A DNA stretch of 64,000 bases from Acanthaster planci (GCF_001949145.1 NW_019091355.1:1328135-1392134); one strand, 5' to 3'; positions 1 to 11,926 are shown, numbered from the stretch's first letter. Program-made: numbers and translations. Notes: generated by a model from the letters alone, not told the origin.

Positions 1-1
1 A

Positions 2-640
2 CAAGGAAATGCACCTAAGGGGGGAGGGAACTACATGAATTGGCAAGGAAGCCCTCCTCAAGCAGGACAGAACTACAAGTACCCACAAGGATATGATGCA
101 CCAGGTGGACAGAACTACGTGAATCGGCAAGGAAGCCGTTCGCAAGTAGGAGAAAACTACAAGAACCCACAAGGAAATGATCTGTCGGGTGGAGGGAGCT
201 ACCTAAATGGGCAAGGGAGCCCTCCTCAAGCAGGAGTGAACTACAGGAACCCACAAAACCCACAAGGAAACACACCTGGGGGTGGAGGGAGCTACCTAAA
301 TGGGCAAGGGAGCCCTCTTCAAGCAGGAGGGAACTACAACAACCCACAAACCCCACGAGGAAATGCACCTGAGGGGGGAGGGAACTACATGAATTGGCAA
401 GAAAGCCCTCCTCAAGCAGGACAGAACTACAAGTACCCACAAGGATATGATGCACCAGGTGGAGAGAACTACGTGAATCGGCAAGGAAGCCATTCACAAG
501 TAGGAGAGAACTACAAGAACCCACAAGGAAATGATCTGTCAGGTGGAGGGAGCTACCTAAATGGGCAAGGAAGCCGTTCACAAGCAGGAGAGAACTACAA
601 GAACCCACAAGGATATGCATCTGAGGGTGGAGAGAACTAT
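2..640 (+). repeat. Coding tandem repeat: ~42-nt (14-aa) subunits, 84-nt (28-aa) units and a 354-nt higher-order repeat
   Basis: Units such as PQGNAPKGGGNYMN-WQGSPPQAGQNYKY and PQGYDAPGGQNYVN-RQGSRSQVGENYKN. MNWQ starts at 35 and again at 389 (period 354 nt). Confidence 0.95.
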
Positions 641-1003
641 GGAGAAAGAAAGGCTCTTCCAGGCGAGGAGAGCCATTTACAGGGAAACATTCCATCAGAT
701 GGAAAGAACTTTGGACAAGGAATTTCACAGGAAGGTAGTCAGACTAACGGACAAGGAGCACTACAGCAAGATGATAAGGAGTATGACAGAGACCAAGAGG
801 AAATAAACCAGCCAGAGACCGATGGTGCTGAACAGAGTCTGCCGCCAAACGAACCTAAAGTAGATGGCACGGACTATTATGGGTCAGAGACCTCTAATGA
901 ATTATACCACAACCAGATCGGGGATCTGGACGATAATCTGTATAACAAGGACGGTGAAAACTTTGAAAACTTAGAGCCAGTTCAAAGTGGAGAACAGAAG
1001 AAG
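2..1003 (+). CDS. TGOLN2: TGN38/TGOLN2-KCT2 family type I membrane protein, large lumenal repeat exon (5' end lies outside the window)
   Basis: The frame is open from base 2 (ORF 35..1027 frame): Gly/Gln/Asn/Tyr/Pro repeats followed by an acidic stalk. The phase-0 donor AAG|GTTGGT after 1003 matches the phase-0 acceptor at 1364. An alternative donor G|GTAAGA after 1007 is phase 1 and would need a different acceptor. Confidence 0.8.
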
Positions 1004-1363
1004 GTTGGTAAGATCTGTATTGGATGAAAGAGCTGGGGTGTGGGATTGTCGGCAATCTGACAGGTTTTTATTTGATGATTCTGTTGTTTTTTTTCAAGGA
1101 GCAATGAACTTCAAATCAAAAGTTTGTATAAAGAAAATTGTGTCAGCTTGGTTGGTACTATACAGACAAAAAGTAGTGAAAACTGAACAGAGTTTTTGTT
1201 ACCAGTTCAAAGCCTTTACATTAAACAGGTTCATTGTCAGGAAAATCCTGACTTGAAGTGATTCAATGGCTCATCACTGCACCAGCAGTTCAACTTCACA
1301 TTCCCGTTAAACATTGCTATTTTGGAAATTTAAGTATTTTCATTGACAACCTTTTTTCCGCAG

Positions 1364-1540
1364 GAACAGCAGGAACGAGGAGGATTGAAGGGAGACGATA
1401 AAGACACCGTGAAAGCGGAGCAGCCCAGTAATCATCTTTCACTCGATGAAGAAACCTCAAGTAGTCACTTTATGGCCTACTCTCTGTCTGCCATCATTCT
1501 GATCATGGCAACCTACATTCTGTATCACAACAAACAACGG
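1364..1540 (+). CDS. TGOLN2: TGN38/TGOLN2-KCT2 family protein, transmembrane exon
   Basis: Acceptor ctttttccgcag| and donor CGG|GTAAGA; 177 nt. Encodes SSSHFMAYSLSAIILIMATYILYHNKQR, matching from memory the SSHFFAY...TM...HNKRK signature of TGN38/TGN46 and C5orf15/KCT2. Confidence 0.92.
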
Positions 1541-1721
1541 GTAAGATCCCTCCCTCCTCAGACAACTCCCCCCCCTTGAAAAGCCAGCGCCGTCCTTTAT
1601 CCTTTCCTTTACCCAACTACATGTGACACATTCCCTGCTGCGATTCCGGATGGTGTTATTAGGCCTAATGACACAGGTAGACACTTAACATGCAGACATT
1701 TTTTTTCTTCTCGGCCCACAG

Positions 1722-1862
1722 ATCATTGCCATTATTATCGAGGGCAGGAACGGCAACGGACGTCGGAAGAGGACCAAGGATGGCTACCAGAAACTGGACC
1801 AGAACCTGAGCGAGGCTATGCCATCCCTCAATCAACAAGCCACCAAGGACTACAAGTACTAA
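1722..1862 (+). CDS. TGOLN2: TGN38/TGOLN2-KCT2 family protein, terminal exon (cytoplasmic tail with YQKL sorting motif)
   Basis: Acceptor ttttttcttctcggcccacag|. Translates IIAIIIEGRNGNGRRKRTKDGYQKLDQNLSEAMPSLNQQATKDYKY*. YQKL corresponds to the YQRL (YxxPhi) TGN-retrieval signal of TGN38. Confidence 0.92.
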   Translation: MIAIIIEGRNGNGRRKRTKDGYQKLDQNLSEAMPSLNQQATKDYKY

Positions 1863-4563
1863 ATGGACTGTCACCAATCAGCAGACTCTGTTGTCTCCTG
1901 AGAGTCGACCAACGTATCACTTAACGACATTTGTGTGGTTCTCCTTGCTAGGGAGGACAGACTCAGCACGTTTGACATTTTGCCATTATTGAGCATTAGT
2001 GTCAACGTCATGTCAGAAATGAGACACCTCGTGTTAGGTGACACTAGTGACAGTTCTGCCAATTGAAGACAGTCTTGGTTATTTTTGTTGCAGTTTGGCA
2101 ATTAGCTGAAATTCATTTCATGACAGTTTTTTTCTTTGGTTCATAAATGTCCATTAGCAGCTTCGTCATTTTATAATAGATAACTTTAAATGAAAGCTGA
2201 AAGTCTTGTCCATTTGTTTTGAAGGCAGATTTGCCATTTACGCTGAGAGTAAATGAGGTTATGGCAAAAGCTATGCGTGTATCAATTTATGAATGCTGAA
2301 TTATTTTAAACAGACATCAACCTTGTCCCCACGGTGTGTGCAGTACACTCCCCTGTTACCTGCTCTCACTCCTCTGGATACTTTGCATATCCAAAAATTT
2401 GACTACATGTATACATGTAAGTGAGGAATAGTATGGTGGCTAACAGTGCTTTCAATCAGTGTTTGTTGTAGTATGTGGTGTCTGGGTTTAAAACAATCAA
2501 TTCTTCAAAGCGTGTTGTACCAAGGAGCACAATTATTCAGAGATGAACGGTCCAAGTCTCATTCAACCAGTGTGCAATGTCAGATTTTTCATAATTCTCA
2601 TCAAATTTCGAGAAGAGGGGATTGCTTAAAAGGGAAAGTGGATGTAATAAATCACGGCAATCGCGAAAACACTTAATATACGTTGAAACTTTTCCTCGCA
2701 GTCGCTGCATCGCATCCGGATACAGGAAGAAAGTTGGCATCCAGGGTGGAGGGCAGGTTGCAGGGGGATCATATTTGTATTTGCATACATCACAGGGACT
2801 GGACAAAATGTAATCAGAGGTGTCAATGTTCAGAGACACTGGTACACCGTACATGTACGTTATTACCTGGGGCTTTCATTCCAAAATATGCCACAAGTGT
2901 AAACTGCACAAAATTGTTTCTTGTTCTGTTTCATTGCGTGCTTGTGCTCGTATCTTGAAGCCAGAATCTGAAGGCAAAGCAAGCTACCTGTACAGGAATA
3001 AGTAACCTCTTGTCCAAACCTAAACCCGAGGGTTGGACTATGGAGATAAACTGAACTGTAGATAAGACTTGTTTCGATATTGTAGATTACTATTAAGTTC
3101 ATTAGTCACATTGGCTCAGTCTTGCAACGTACACAGATTGACACTGGATGTGAATCTGATTCGAAAAGAAACCGAGTTGGAATGGTAGATCCAGTCTTGC
3201 CCAAACCAGCAGTTGCAATTTTTGTAATGCTCTTTTTTATACTTTTCTGTACATGTGTAAACAATGTGTGTACTGCTAAATCACTGGTGTTGTGTACATG
3301 TATTTACATTGGCGTCTCACAAACTATACACTGAATCAGTTTACCTTGTGCTTGACTAACTTGTACAAGTAGTTCAAAGTAATGCCAAGAGACAGACAAA
3401 CAAAAAGAGATTGAAGTTGAGCTTCATACATTTGTAGAACAATGCAACAGAACGTGAGCATTATTATTCTGCTGCAATGTGTCTGATATGCTGCTCTGTA
3501 AACCGTGTAAACTTTATTTATTAGATTGCATTTTGATACAAACAAAATTCTTGATCCATAAGGGTTGAGGGATTTCTAAGCACATTGTGTAAAGTTTAAT
3601 ATTCTGATCATTTGTGGCAAAAATTCACAATAGGCACGACAGACTTATTGGAAAAGCCCTTTGACAAATTTCAGGTTTGCAAGTACGCCTGCATGCCTTG
3701 CATCATGGACTGTTTTTAGTTCTTTAGGTGTATTTGTGAAGTTTATTTTGAGTTAAGCAGTTGTTTGCAGTGTTACATGTAAGCTCATAAGGCACAAATC
3801 CTGTAACAAAGCTGATGCTAATTTTGGTTGTGGAAGTGACTTTGAACAAAATTCCACTACAGCTGTGGGTAACAGGCCGATGAACATGCATCGAGCTGTA
3901 TTGTGCAATTTGTCTTACACTTTATTTTTAGTAGTGAAATAGTTTTCCCAAGTGTGTTCAGTTCAAAATTTTATAGCTGTAGTAGTGTCAAGGGCATTTG
4001 AAACTTGCATGAACTTAGAACATGTCTAAGATTTGTTCATCTGCTTAATATGGCCGTGGGACCAATGCGGGAATGCATTGGTTTGTATTCAGCTGTTCAT
4101 CTCTGCTAAGCACATTTTCTACATGTATACATATACTGTACACTGTCTGAGTTATGTTTGAAGATTTTCTGGCAAACGTTATCATGTATTTAGCTTTTGG
4201 TTTTATTTTAGCGTGTATTCAAAATCAGAAAGGCATAACATTTTCAATAATACACATCTCATTTAAACATTTTTTTCCACTAATGTAAATAGCCGTTGAA
4301 AAGGGGTCATTGTCTGATCTGTGTACGTGTAAATGATTGACTGTACATCTGCTAAAGTTATAAATTCTATTTTTGAGCAAAGTTTTGTCTTTGATTAAAG
4401 ATTTTGTTAACAATTAAGTGTAAATTCTGTGAGGGTGCATTACTTAGGCAGCATTCTCATATAGCAGACTTTACCTTGGCTTTTTTTGTGGTAGAATCCA
4501 TTAACTTTTAATTTGTACTGTACTAAAATTTTCAATCTGCTTTTAATTTAACAAGTGTTTTGA

Positions 4564-4612
4564 AATAAATTCCAAAAGGGTTGACTGATTGTACTTTGGT
4601 AATTCATTTATT
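4564..4612. terminator. Candidate opposed polyadenylation signals of the two convergent genes
   Basis: AATAAA (+) at 4564-4569, with a second at 4638-4643, and AATAAA (-) at 4612-4607. The + strand changes from T/G-rich to A/C-rich around this point. Confidence 0.5.
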
Positions 4613-6608
4613 TTATCCCAGGAATGTTTTGAAAGTAAATAAAAACGGGACACAGTCGACTTTCATTAATACAAAACTATTACTATGACATGTTGTACAT
4701 GTCTGCACAGTGCAACAGGATACATGTAATGGCTTCCAATCCATTCATGGGTCACCACATGTACTTATATGTACTTGTACATACACGTATGTAAATGTGC
4801 ATTAACTCAAAATTGTAAGAATTCTCACCGGTATACAACCATCACAGTGGGATTTTTTAAAATAAACCTTAACCCAAAAGAACTGGGAGGCACTGTTTTC
4901 TGTAACATCCAATTGAGTTGCAACTGCAGCTTGCACTGATGAGTGTCTTTACAACACTTATAATTTTTTATTGCAGAAAAAAAGGGCATGGAGCAACCAA
5001 TGGGGGGGGGGAAGTGATTCCATGCCAACCAGCCAGGTTGTAATTTACATGTACGTGTATTAGCAACGTCTGGACAAGGCTGAGAATTGAGGTGTTGTTT
5101 TGGTGTAAGATGCAAGGCCCAAAATACAGGTAGCTATTTAATGTCAGATTTTCTGACCCCAAAAAACTTGCTGGGGGCAGGTTTTCGTACCCGTAAATTC
5201 TTCAACCTTGCAACTGCCTTTAACCAAGCACGATGCGTTAGTATGTTAACTGCAGAAATGAAAAAAGATTTCTTGAACGAGCGTACACATCCGTGGAACA
5301 AATAAGGAAAATCATGTGTGTTTACATATCAAGTGATTAATGCATTAATTAACATCCCTGATGCTTAGTCAATTTAATACTGTGCAAAGCTTGATCACTG
5401 CTTTGATAAGTGTGTTGATGGGGGGGATAAATCTCCAATCAAAGCTTGAATTCTCTTGGGACTGGGCTCACAATTACCACACTCAGCTCAACACTAGAGG
5501 CAAGGTCAATCTTACACAATACACAGGTACTACATATACATGTGCAGTGCTTATTGTAAGTACCAACATATGTCAGATACTGCATTATGAAAGCACCCAC
5601 TGCAATCTTATAATGTTTATGAACAGACATGGTTGATTGATAAAAAGATACACATTATCTACATCCATAGATATACAGTTATTGCAAAGCACGCGCCTAC
5701 ATGTACGTGTACACCATACATTCCAGATAAAAATCAAATATCATTAGACATTTCTGAACACATGCAAAGCTTTTGTACAGACAAGGTAACTTAAAATATT
5801 GCATACAGTACTTGTTTAAAAGTTTTGATGCCCCCAAAAGAAAGAGAATTTATATGTACATGTACTGTCGTTTCTGTGAGTTAAATATACTATCCACTTC
5901 TTGTCTTTTGATCACTGTGTGAGTAGAGTTTCCATGTATGTAGCAACTGCCAGAAGAAACATTTTGACCACACAGTAAATGAAGTTTGGCAACACACGGT
6001 GTCCTGAGTTTACACGTAGTTGAAAGTCATTGCACATCTCTCATCCAAAAACACTGGCTTGTGTTTGTGCACATTCTGCTGAAAACCACTTTGATATTGA
6101 TCACACGATGCTTCCTACATCCTCCATTGCATCCCGAATCCCGTCAATTTTAATTTGACTCTGACCCTTGCTGAGGGTGTTACTACATGTCTGTTCTGGT
6201 CCACCAATACAGCAAAGTCCTGGCATCCATAATCAGATGACCTTCTGAATCCATTCCACCAAGGCAAACCTCAGCTGCATGTGAAACAAGGTCACAGACG
6301 TGGATGCCTGTACAAGGTTCACAACGCCAGTTTTCAGGTCCATAATCTGATGATTTTCATTTCCACCACGAAGCCTAATCTATATGTTACAATATGTATG
6401 TTTGTCAATAGGTTAGGGTACAAAAGCAAATCCACGCTTCACCCTTTACCCAAATGTTGTTCTTTATAACGTGCTAACGTGTTAATAAAACAGTAAACAG
6501 TATACAGATGCTGAACGTGGAACCGAATTCTCAGATGTGATCAAAGGCCTAATATGAAGGCACCAGTTGCTCTGTTCAGGAGAAGATCAAACGACCCTCA
6601 TTTGAAAC

Positions 6609-7153
6609 CTAAGCCTGACCTGAAACTAAGTTCTGAGATGTTGAAGTGTGATCTGCCTCAATGGCTACACCAGTCTTCTCCCGATACTTGGCATAGGTGT
6701 ACAAGCTACTGCCCAGGGTGTTCAAGGCCACGCCTACCCCACCTAGTACACTCAGCTTCACTCCGCCAAAAACAAAAAGCCCCACCATCACCACCACAAC
6801 ACTCTTCATGACTCCCACCACGCTCAGGGTGAGGGCAGAGGTCAGGGTGGTGCAGAGGAACACCGAGTAGTTCAGGGCGCATCCCATAGAGATCACCACG
6901 AGGAACGCCAGGAGGAAGCGCGAGGAATGCAGGTCAGGGAAATCCCAGACTCGGGCGAACTCCGAGGTGTAGGCTGTGTAGAGGAGAAGGGGTACCAAGC
7001 AGTTCAGGCTGTTGAGGTAAGCGATACCGGCAGCCGACAGCGTGTTCTCCTGCAGGCTCAGGCTTTGCACTAAAGTCAGGTAGAGGGCCTGGGAAAAAAC
7101 GCTCAGCAGGCCGAATGTGTACGCAGCCAGGTCAAAGGTCAAGTCCCCAAGTC
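6609..7153 (-). CDS. SLC35D3: SLC35D3-like nucleotide-sugar transporter (DMT/TPT fold), exon 3 (terminal)
   Basis: Acceptor tttttatgtgcag|GA (phase 1). Encodes GLGDLTFD...SMGCALNYSVFLCTTLTSALTLSVVGVMKS...NTLGSSLYTYAKY, typical of SLC35D C-terminal helices. Stop at 6609-6611. Confidence 0.92.
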
Positions 7154-7839
7154 CTGCACATAAAAAGCATGGAAACAAGACAACAGTTCAGTGATCTCTT
7201 TTTTAATTAGTACAGGTGTGGAAGTGGCCATAGACACAACAAGTTGAAAAACAACTAGCAAAAAGCTGTCATTTAAGAAAGTTTCCATATTTTGTACAGA
7301 GCAGGTGTACAAAAAAGCTGAACTTCAGAATTAAAATCTAATCAACGAAAGCTAAGATAAGCTGACATTTCCTATGTCAACCCCCCTCCCAACAATGTCC
7401 CTTTAAATGATACCCCCAAACATATTCATGATTAGAACACCTCAACCACAGATTCTGCATCTTGATTGGCCACAAGTCCTGTCACTAGTGTGTGGAGATT
7501 GGCACATATATGGCACATTCTGCTAGAGGTGACACAAAGCCAGCCGGTACTTTAAGACTGGTCACTTAACGGGCTCTTACAGGCTCTTAGGTATGCATGG
7601 ATAGTGATTTATAACTAACTACAGACAGACTGCTGAGAGGAAAGACTTTCTAGTTACCCCCTCCCAGCATCTTGGAAAGGCAGTCCATCCAATTTGCGGA
7701 TCAAAGGCACATGGAAATCAAAAATGCCTAGAGTTCTTGATGCGTGTGTTTGTAAATGACAAATCTCGAAGTAAAGTCAACCACAATGAAGTGACTCTCC
7801 AGAAAACTTGCAACAAAGCACCAATTTGGGGAAACAAAC

Positions 7840-8131
7840 CTGTGAATACACAACCCAAGGTCATCACCGCGATGGACACAACGACAAACAGACTCGGGGC
7901 CCCCTTTGTGGGCAAGCACGGTGCCAGCAGCAGTGTCACTAGAGGCACGCAACGTTTGAGGATGGTGTACATGGCTACGTTCATGCCATCCAGGGCTTGC
8001 AGAGACAGGACCGAGTGGAACAGTCCAAAGAAAGACGGCAGCCAGCACAGCCGAAGATTAGCAAGGGTGGCAAGTGGGAGAGAAACACGGCCAAGAGCAC
8101 CGAGACATCTCAGCAGAGCTGCTGTGAAGAG
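7840..8131 (-). CDS. SLC35D3: SLC35D3-like transporter, exon 2
   Basis: Acceptor tcttttttttcgccag| and donor CAG|GTTTGT; 292 nt, phase 0 to 1. Encodes LQALDGMNVAMYTILKRCVPLVTLLL...KGAPS, matching SLC35D3 LRGLSLPMYVVFKRCLPLVT...NGAPS from memory. Confidence 0.92.
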
Positions 8132-8781
8132 CTGGCGAAAAAAAAGACAAGAGTTAAGAAATGTTACAATGAACTATAGGTACACAAAAATATACAAGAT
8201 TAAGTCCAACCCTAATTTTGTTGCTAAAGCCTAGGATTTCAAGGAATGAGTGGTGAGATTGATTTCTTGTTTTAAACCTACACTGTACCTACCTATTAGT
8301 TATAGTATGTCTAGTATTTTGAGGTCTCACCATGTATATGTACACACACATTATACCTGTAAGCACATGAAATAAATGAATTGAATCATTTCTGAATCAA
8401 TCTTGTTTCTTACTCCAAGAAATGACAAAAGTTCTTTTTAATTATTCAAGTCACAAAGCATATTGTAGAACACGCAAATTGTGTATACGGATATGTGACT
8501 AAGGATTGAGCGGGAGTGAGAGTCCGTGCCACACTGCACTAGTGGGGTTAACTGTGTATCATTTGCTTTGGTACACTGAGGGGCCTAACCCCACCCCCCC
8601 ATCTGCCCCTCACCTGGTTTGCACGGCACACATGGCAGACATACATGTACATTCCCTCTACCTGTCATGCCTGTACACGTGACTATAATGATAGGGCCTA
8701 GGCCTACCACCGGTACGCGGTACTTTGGCTTTGAAAATTAGCCAACAAAAAAATGAAACTAGCATGACTAGGGAGACTCAC

Positions 8782-8943
8782 CATCTGGCACAGCATCAAG
8801 AAGCACGGGAAATGGAATCCCAGCATGGTCAACACGGCCTTGTTAACAAATGACATGGAGCCAGACAACACACCGTAAAACAAGGCCGCTACTACGCCCG
8901 GCCATCGCGGCGATTGACCCGGCACTGGCGGTTTGGCAAGCAT
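8782..8943 (-). CDS. SLC35D3: SLC35D3-like transporter, exon 1
   Basis: ATG at 8943 and donor ATG|GTGAGT; 54 codons including GVVAALFYGVLSGSMSFVNKAVL...FHFP. The spliced product is 332 aa with about 10 hydrophobic segments. Confidence 0.88.
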
Positions 8944-9332
8944 GCCGACTAGGCCTACACGCTGTTGCTGCTCGGCGACCAGTGTCGCTCAGTTTCTGGT
9001 GTTTTGTCCTCCAGGCTAGAGAATTAAGACTGCCTCATGCAGGCCATTTAATCGAACTGAAAATGTACACCCCTGGGTGCAACTTCTGTAAGATGTTACA
9101 AGTTACCTGCATATCCAGCGCTGCATTTCAATCACTTTTCCTCTCTGAGAGAGCGCTGCCCAGGGAGTACAGTAGCGCCAGCGTGACAAAAATTCCGCCA
9201 ACGTATTACATGTATATTTTTGCAATGGCTTCGAATGAGGGCGCTATGCAGTTTAGTTAATTTTAGCGCAAAGCCAAGCCATTTATGAAAATTAGACTTC
9301 GTCCAGAGTGGAGCTTTCCCTAGCTAGTGGTA

Positions 9333-9808
9333 CAGTCCACTAATTCAAACCTCATGGGAAACATTGTGTAAAATATCAGCTCTGTTCAGGGCCCAATAAC
9401 ATGCATACAAGCATCCCTGAGATTTCTGACACACAAGTTAAATTTTTGTCTGGTGCCTTTTCTTTCAATTTCTTTTCAATTTTTGTGGGTTAACCAACAT
9501 TATAACATTTGTCATTATTCCCACAAAACCACCGCCAAAACGGATGAGTTTTCAGAAGTCTGGTTGCAGCCATATTTCAAGTGGCAACCTTCAACTTTCT
9601 GGTGCACTTAGGACCATTTTTCAACTGTAGTTTTCAGCCCTTCTGCCCTCATATGAAAGCTCACAAAGACCCAGGGAGTTTATCCTGGCAACGGTTTACA
9701 AAATCTAGCCATTTTGGGGGCCAAACAATTTCCTTTTTCAAAAGATACGGCGGGGCACTTTTAATGCTAATGAGCTAGCCAGAGATTCTTACTTGAATTA
9801 GTGGACTG
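9333..9808. mobile_element. Non-autonomous DNA transposon (MITE), Tc1/mariner-pogo-like
   Basis: Perfect 16-bp terminal inverted repeats CAGTCCACTAATTCAA (9333-9348) and TTGAATTAGTGGACTG (9793-9808). Flanked by TA on the left and CA on the right, probably a decayed TA target-site duplication. No transposase ORF. Confidence 0.75.
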
Positions 9809-10844
9809 CATCCCCAAGGAGTTCGCGATTTTTACTAACTACCAGAGATTTCTCCAGGGGGAGGCCTGATGGAATTTTTTTTTCTATGTCATATTGTTAT
9901 TGACAGGCGGACACATGGATAATGAAATACATTATTACTAATGTGCAAGTAATAACCACTATCGGATGTCACCTTTTATTTCATTGGTACTAAAAGAATT
10001 ATTGTCATGTCGTGTTTTATCTGAGTGGGGGGGGGGTTCATACGTCCCCACCCACCTCCTCTGGATCCGCCCCTGCAAAGGTCCCTTTCCTTTTACATAA
10101 ACATAGTTATACGACTCTAGCTCATACAAAGCGAACACACCATCAAGATGCCTTCAACCTTTGCACTTGAGAGCCCAACTGAAGATGGTTCTGACTGATA
10201 ATGGTTCCGTTCCTGTGGCAAGCCGTTGCCAATGGCTGGGGAAAAAACGCTCTGAACAGCTAACGACCTCAAGTCATGTAGTTAAGTTACATCATCCCTT
10301 TTGTTTAATCGTGTCTTATCACACTGCTGACAGACGGGGGGGGCATTCCATTACAAACAATCTACAAATCAAATCCTATGGTTTGCTGGCGCATCAAACG
10401 CTGACTAACGATTTTTAAGTTACCCACGCCGAGACAGTCAAGGCCACAGCACCGAAGCGTGCAATACGTTGTGCAGTGCTAACCTGTTAATTCTTTCTAA
10501 ACCCCACCTAAGACGAATTAAATGATAACAAATCAGAAGCTGTCAGGAGTTTGAGCTGATTTCAGAAATTAGTTAACAAGCCACGTAAATGGGCGTAGCC
10601 TCAAGAATTAAGTTTCTGAAAGTCAAGATCCAAGGGGTTAATTTAGCGGGCAACTGGGTGGAGGCCCATAGCAACCTGGTAGGGATAGACACTTCCTCTC
10701 CCTGGGGGCTATGTTGCATTTTCACTGACTGCCGTTTCCCGTGATCTCCTCTGCCTTCATCTGGGTTTCCACTTGATAAAGCGGCTGTTAGTCACATATT
10801 ACTTGCTTGTTTACAGTCGGTGTGGGGTTGTTGGTTGAAACTAA

Positions 10845-10963
10845 GGCCGTGTCCGAAACGGGCTTCCAGAGCTACGGCTAGGTCTATTGTTTACGCATCT
10901 CCACGCATTTCCAGTGGAGTGAATACCTAGACTTAGCTCTAGACAAGAAACTCGGATGCAGCC
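10845..10963. mobile_element. Short palindromic MITE, PIF/Harbinger-like
   Basis: Ends GGCCGTGTCCGA...TCGGATGCAGCC flanked by TAA/TTA. The internal arms AGAGCTACGGCTAGGT and ACCTAGACTTAGCTCT are also complementary. Confidence 0.6.
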
Positions 10964-11926
10964 TTAGACCCTTGAAAACTGCAACAGTCACTAGCCTCAC
11001 GAGCCCATCTGTTACGCCACGGTGTGGATGTTATATCAAAGTATATCGGTTGGGTTCGGATGTGCGCTTTACCGTTTGTCAAATTGCTTCCGATTCTGTA
11101 TCTAATTTGATATTGCGATCACATAATCCCCATTAATAACATCATACGAGAAAAAGGCCGGATAAAATTTTTTTTCGTATATTTTAATTTCTTTTTTACA
11201 CATGTCTTGGTTCCGATTTTTACAAGTGAGACCCACAGCTTAAGAACAAGGCACAATACACAGCCAAAAATAAAACTGAGCTTGGAAGCTTTTCATGGTG
11301 AAGATTTCAAGTCGGTTAGAGAGGTTTGTGGTAGCACTACGCAAGGACATCTCTTTGAGTATATGGTCCTCCGGTTCTTTTCAGAACCACACATACTTGA
11401 AAAAAGACTACCCTTGCATGAAGCAACTACATACCTCTCCAACCAACTTACAAATAAAACTTTAAAGAATTTATCATTATTATATTGTTGAAAACATAAT
11501 TTCACGGGACAATATATCGAAAGATGACATGGAAGATCATTCTGTCCCAGAGCTCCTTGTAGGCCTAATGCTACATGGGTGTCTCAGTTGTTAGAACCGG
11601 CATGGTGGATCATGCGACAATTTAGCACACAAAGCTGCATGCTGTACCGCACGGATCAAGAACGGCTATTTTGGTTCTAAAGTCTGAAGGTAGCGCTACT
11701 CTCTCTGAATTCAGCTCTCTTCAGTCTTAAACAACACTGGACACAGGAGTTTGCCACGCGTCATATTAAACGTGTGCTGTCTTCATTTATGGACTGGAAC
11801 GAGGAAACGGTATAGCCATGCTGTGTCCCTTCCCTAGAACGCCACGTGCCTCGGCCTTATTTACGGGTCTCCGTTGTACCATCTGTGATGGCATGACACT
11901 TTTAAAGTTCATTGTTAAAAGTCTGT

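Noticed and set aside
15..728. 237-aa minus-strand ORF
   Set aside because: Antisense shadow of the coding tandem repeat; the repeat unit simply lacks stops in that frame.
7737..8234. 165-aa + strand ORF (and similar ORFs at 12114-12560, 24918-25244, 17274-17609)
   Set aside because: They lie opposite real GC-rich exons and have no independent motifs or splice support.
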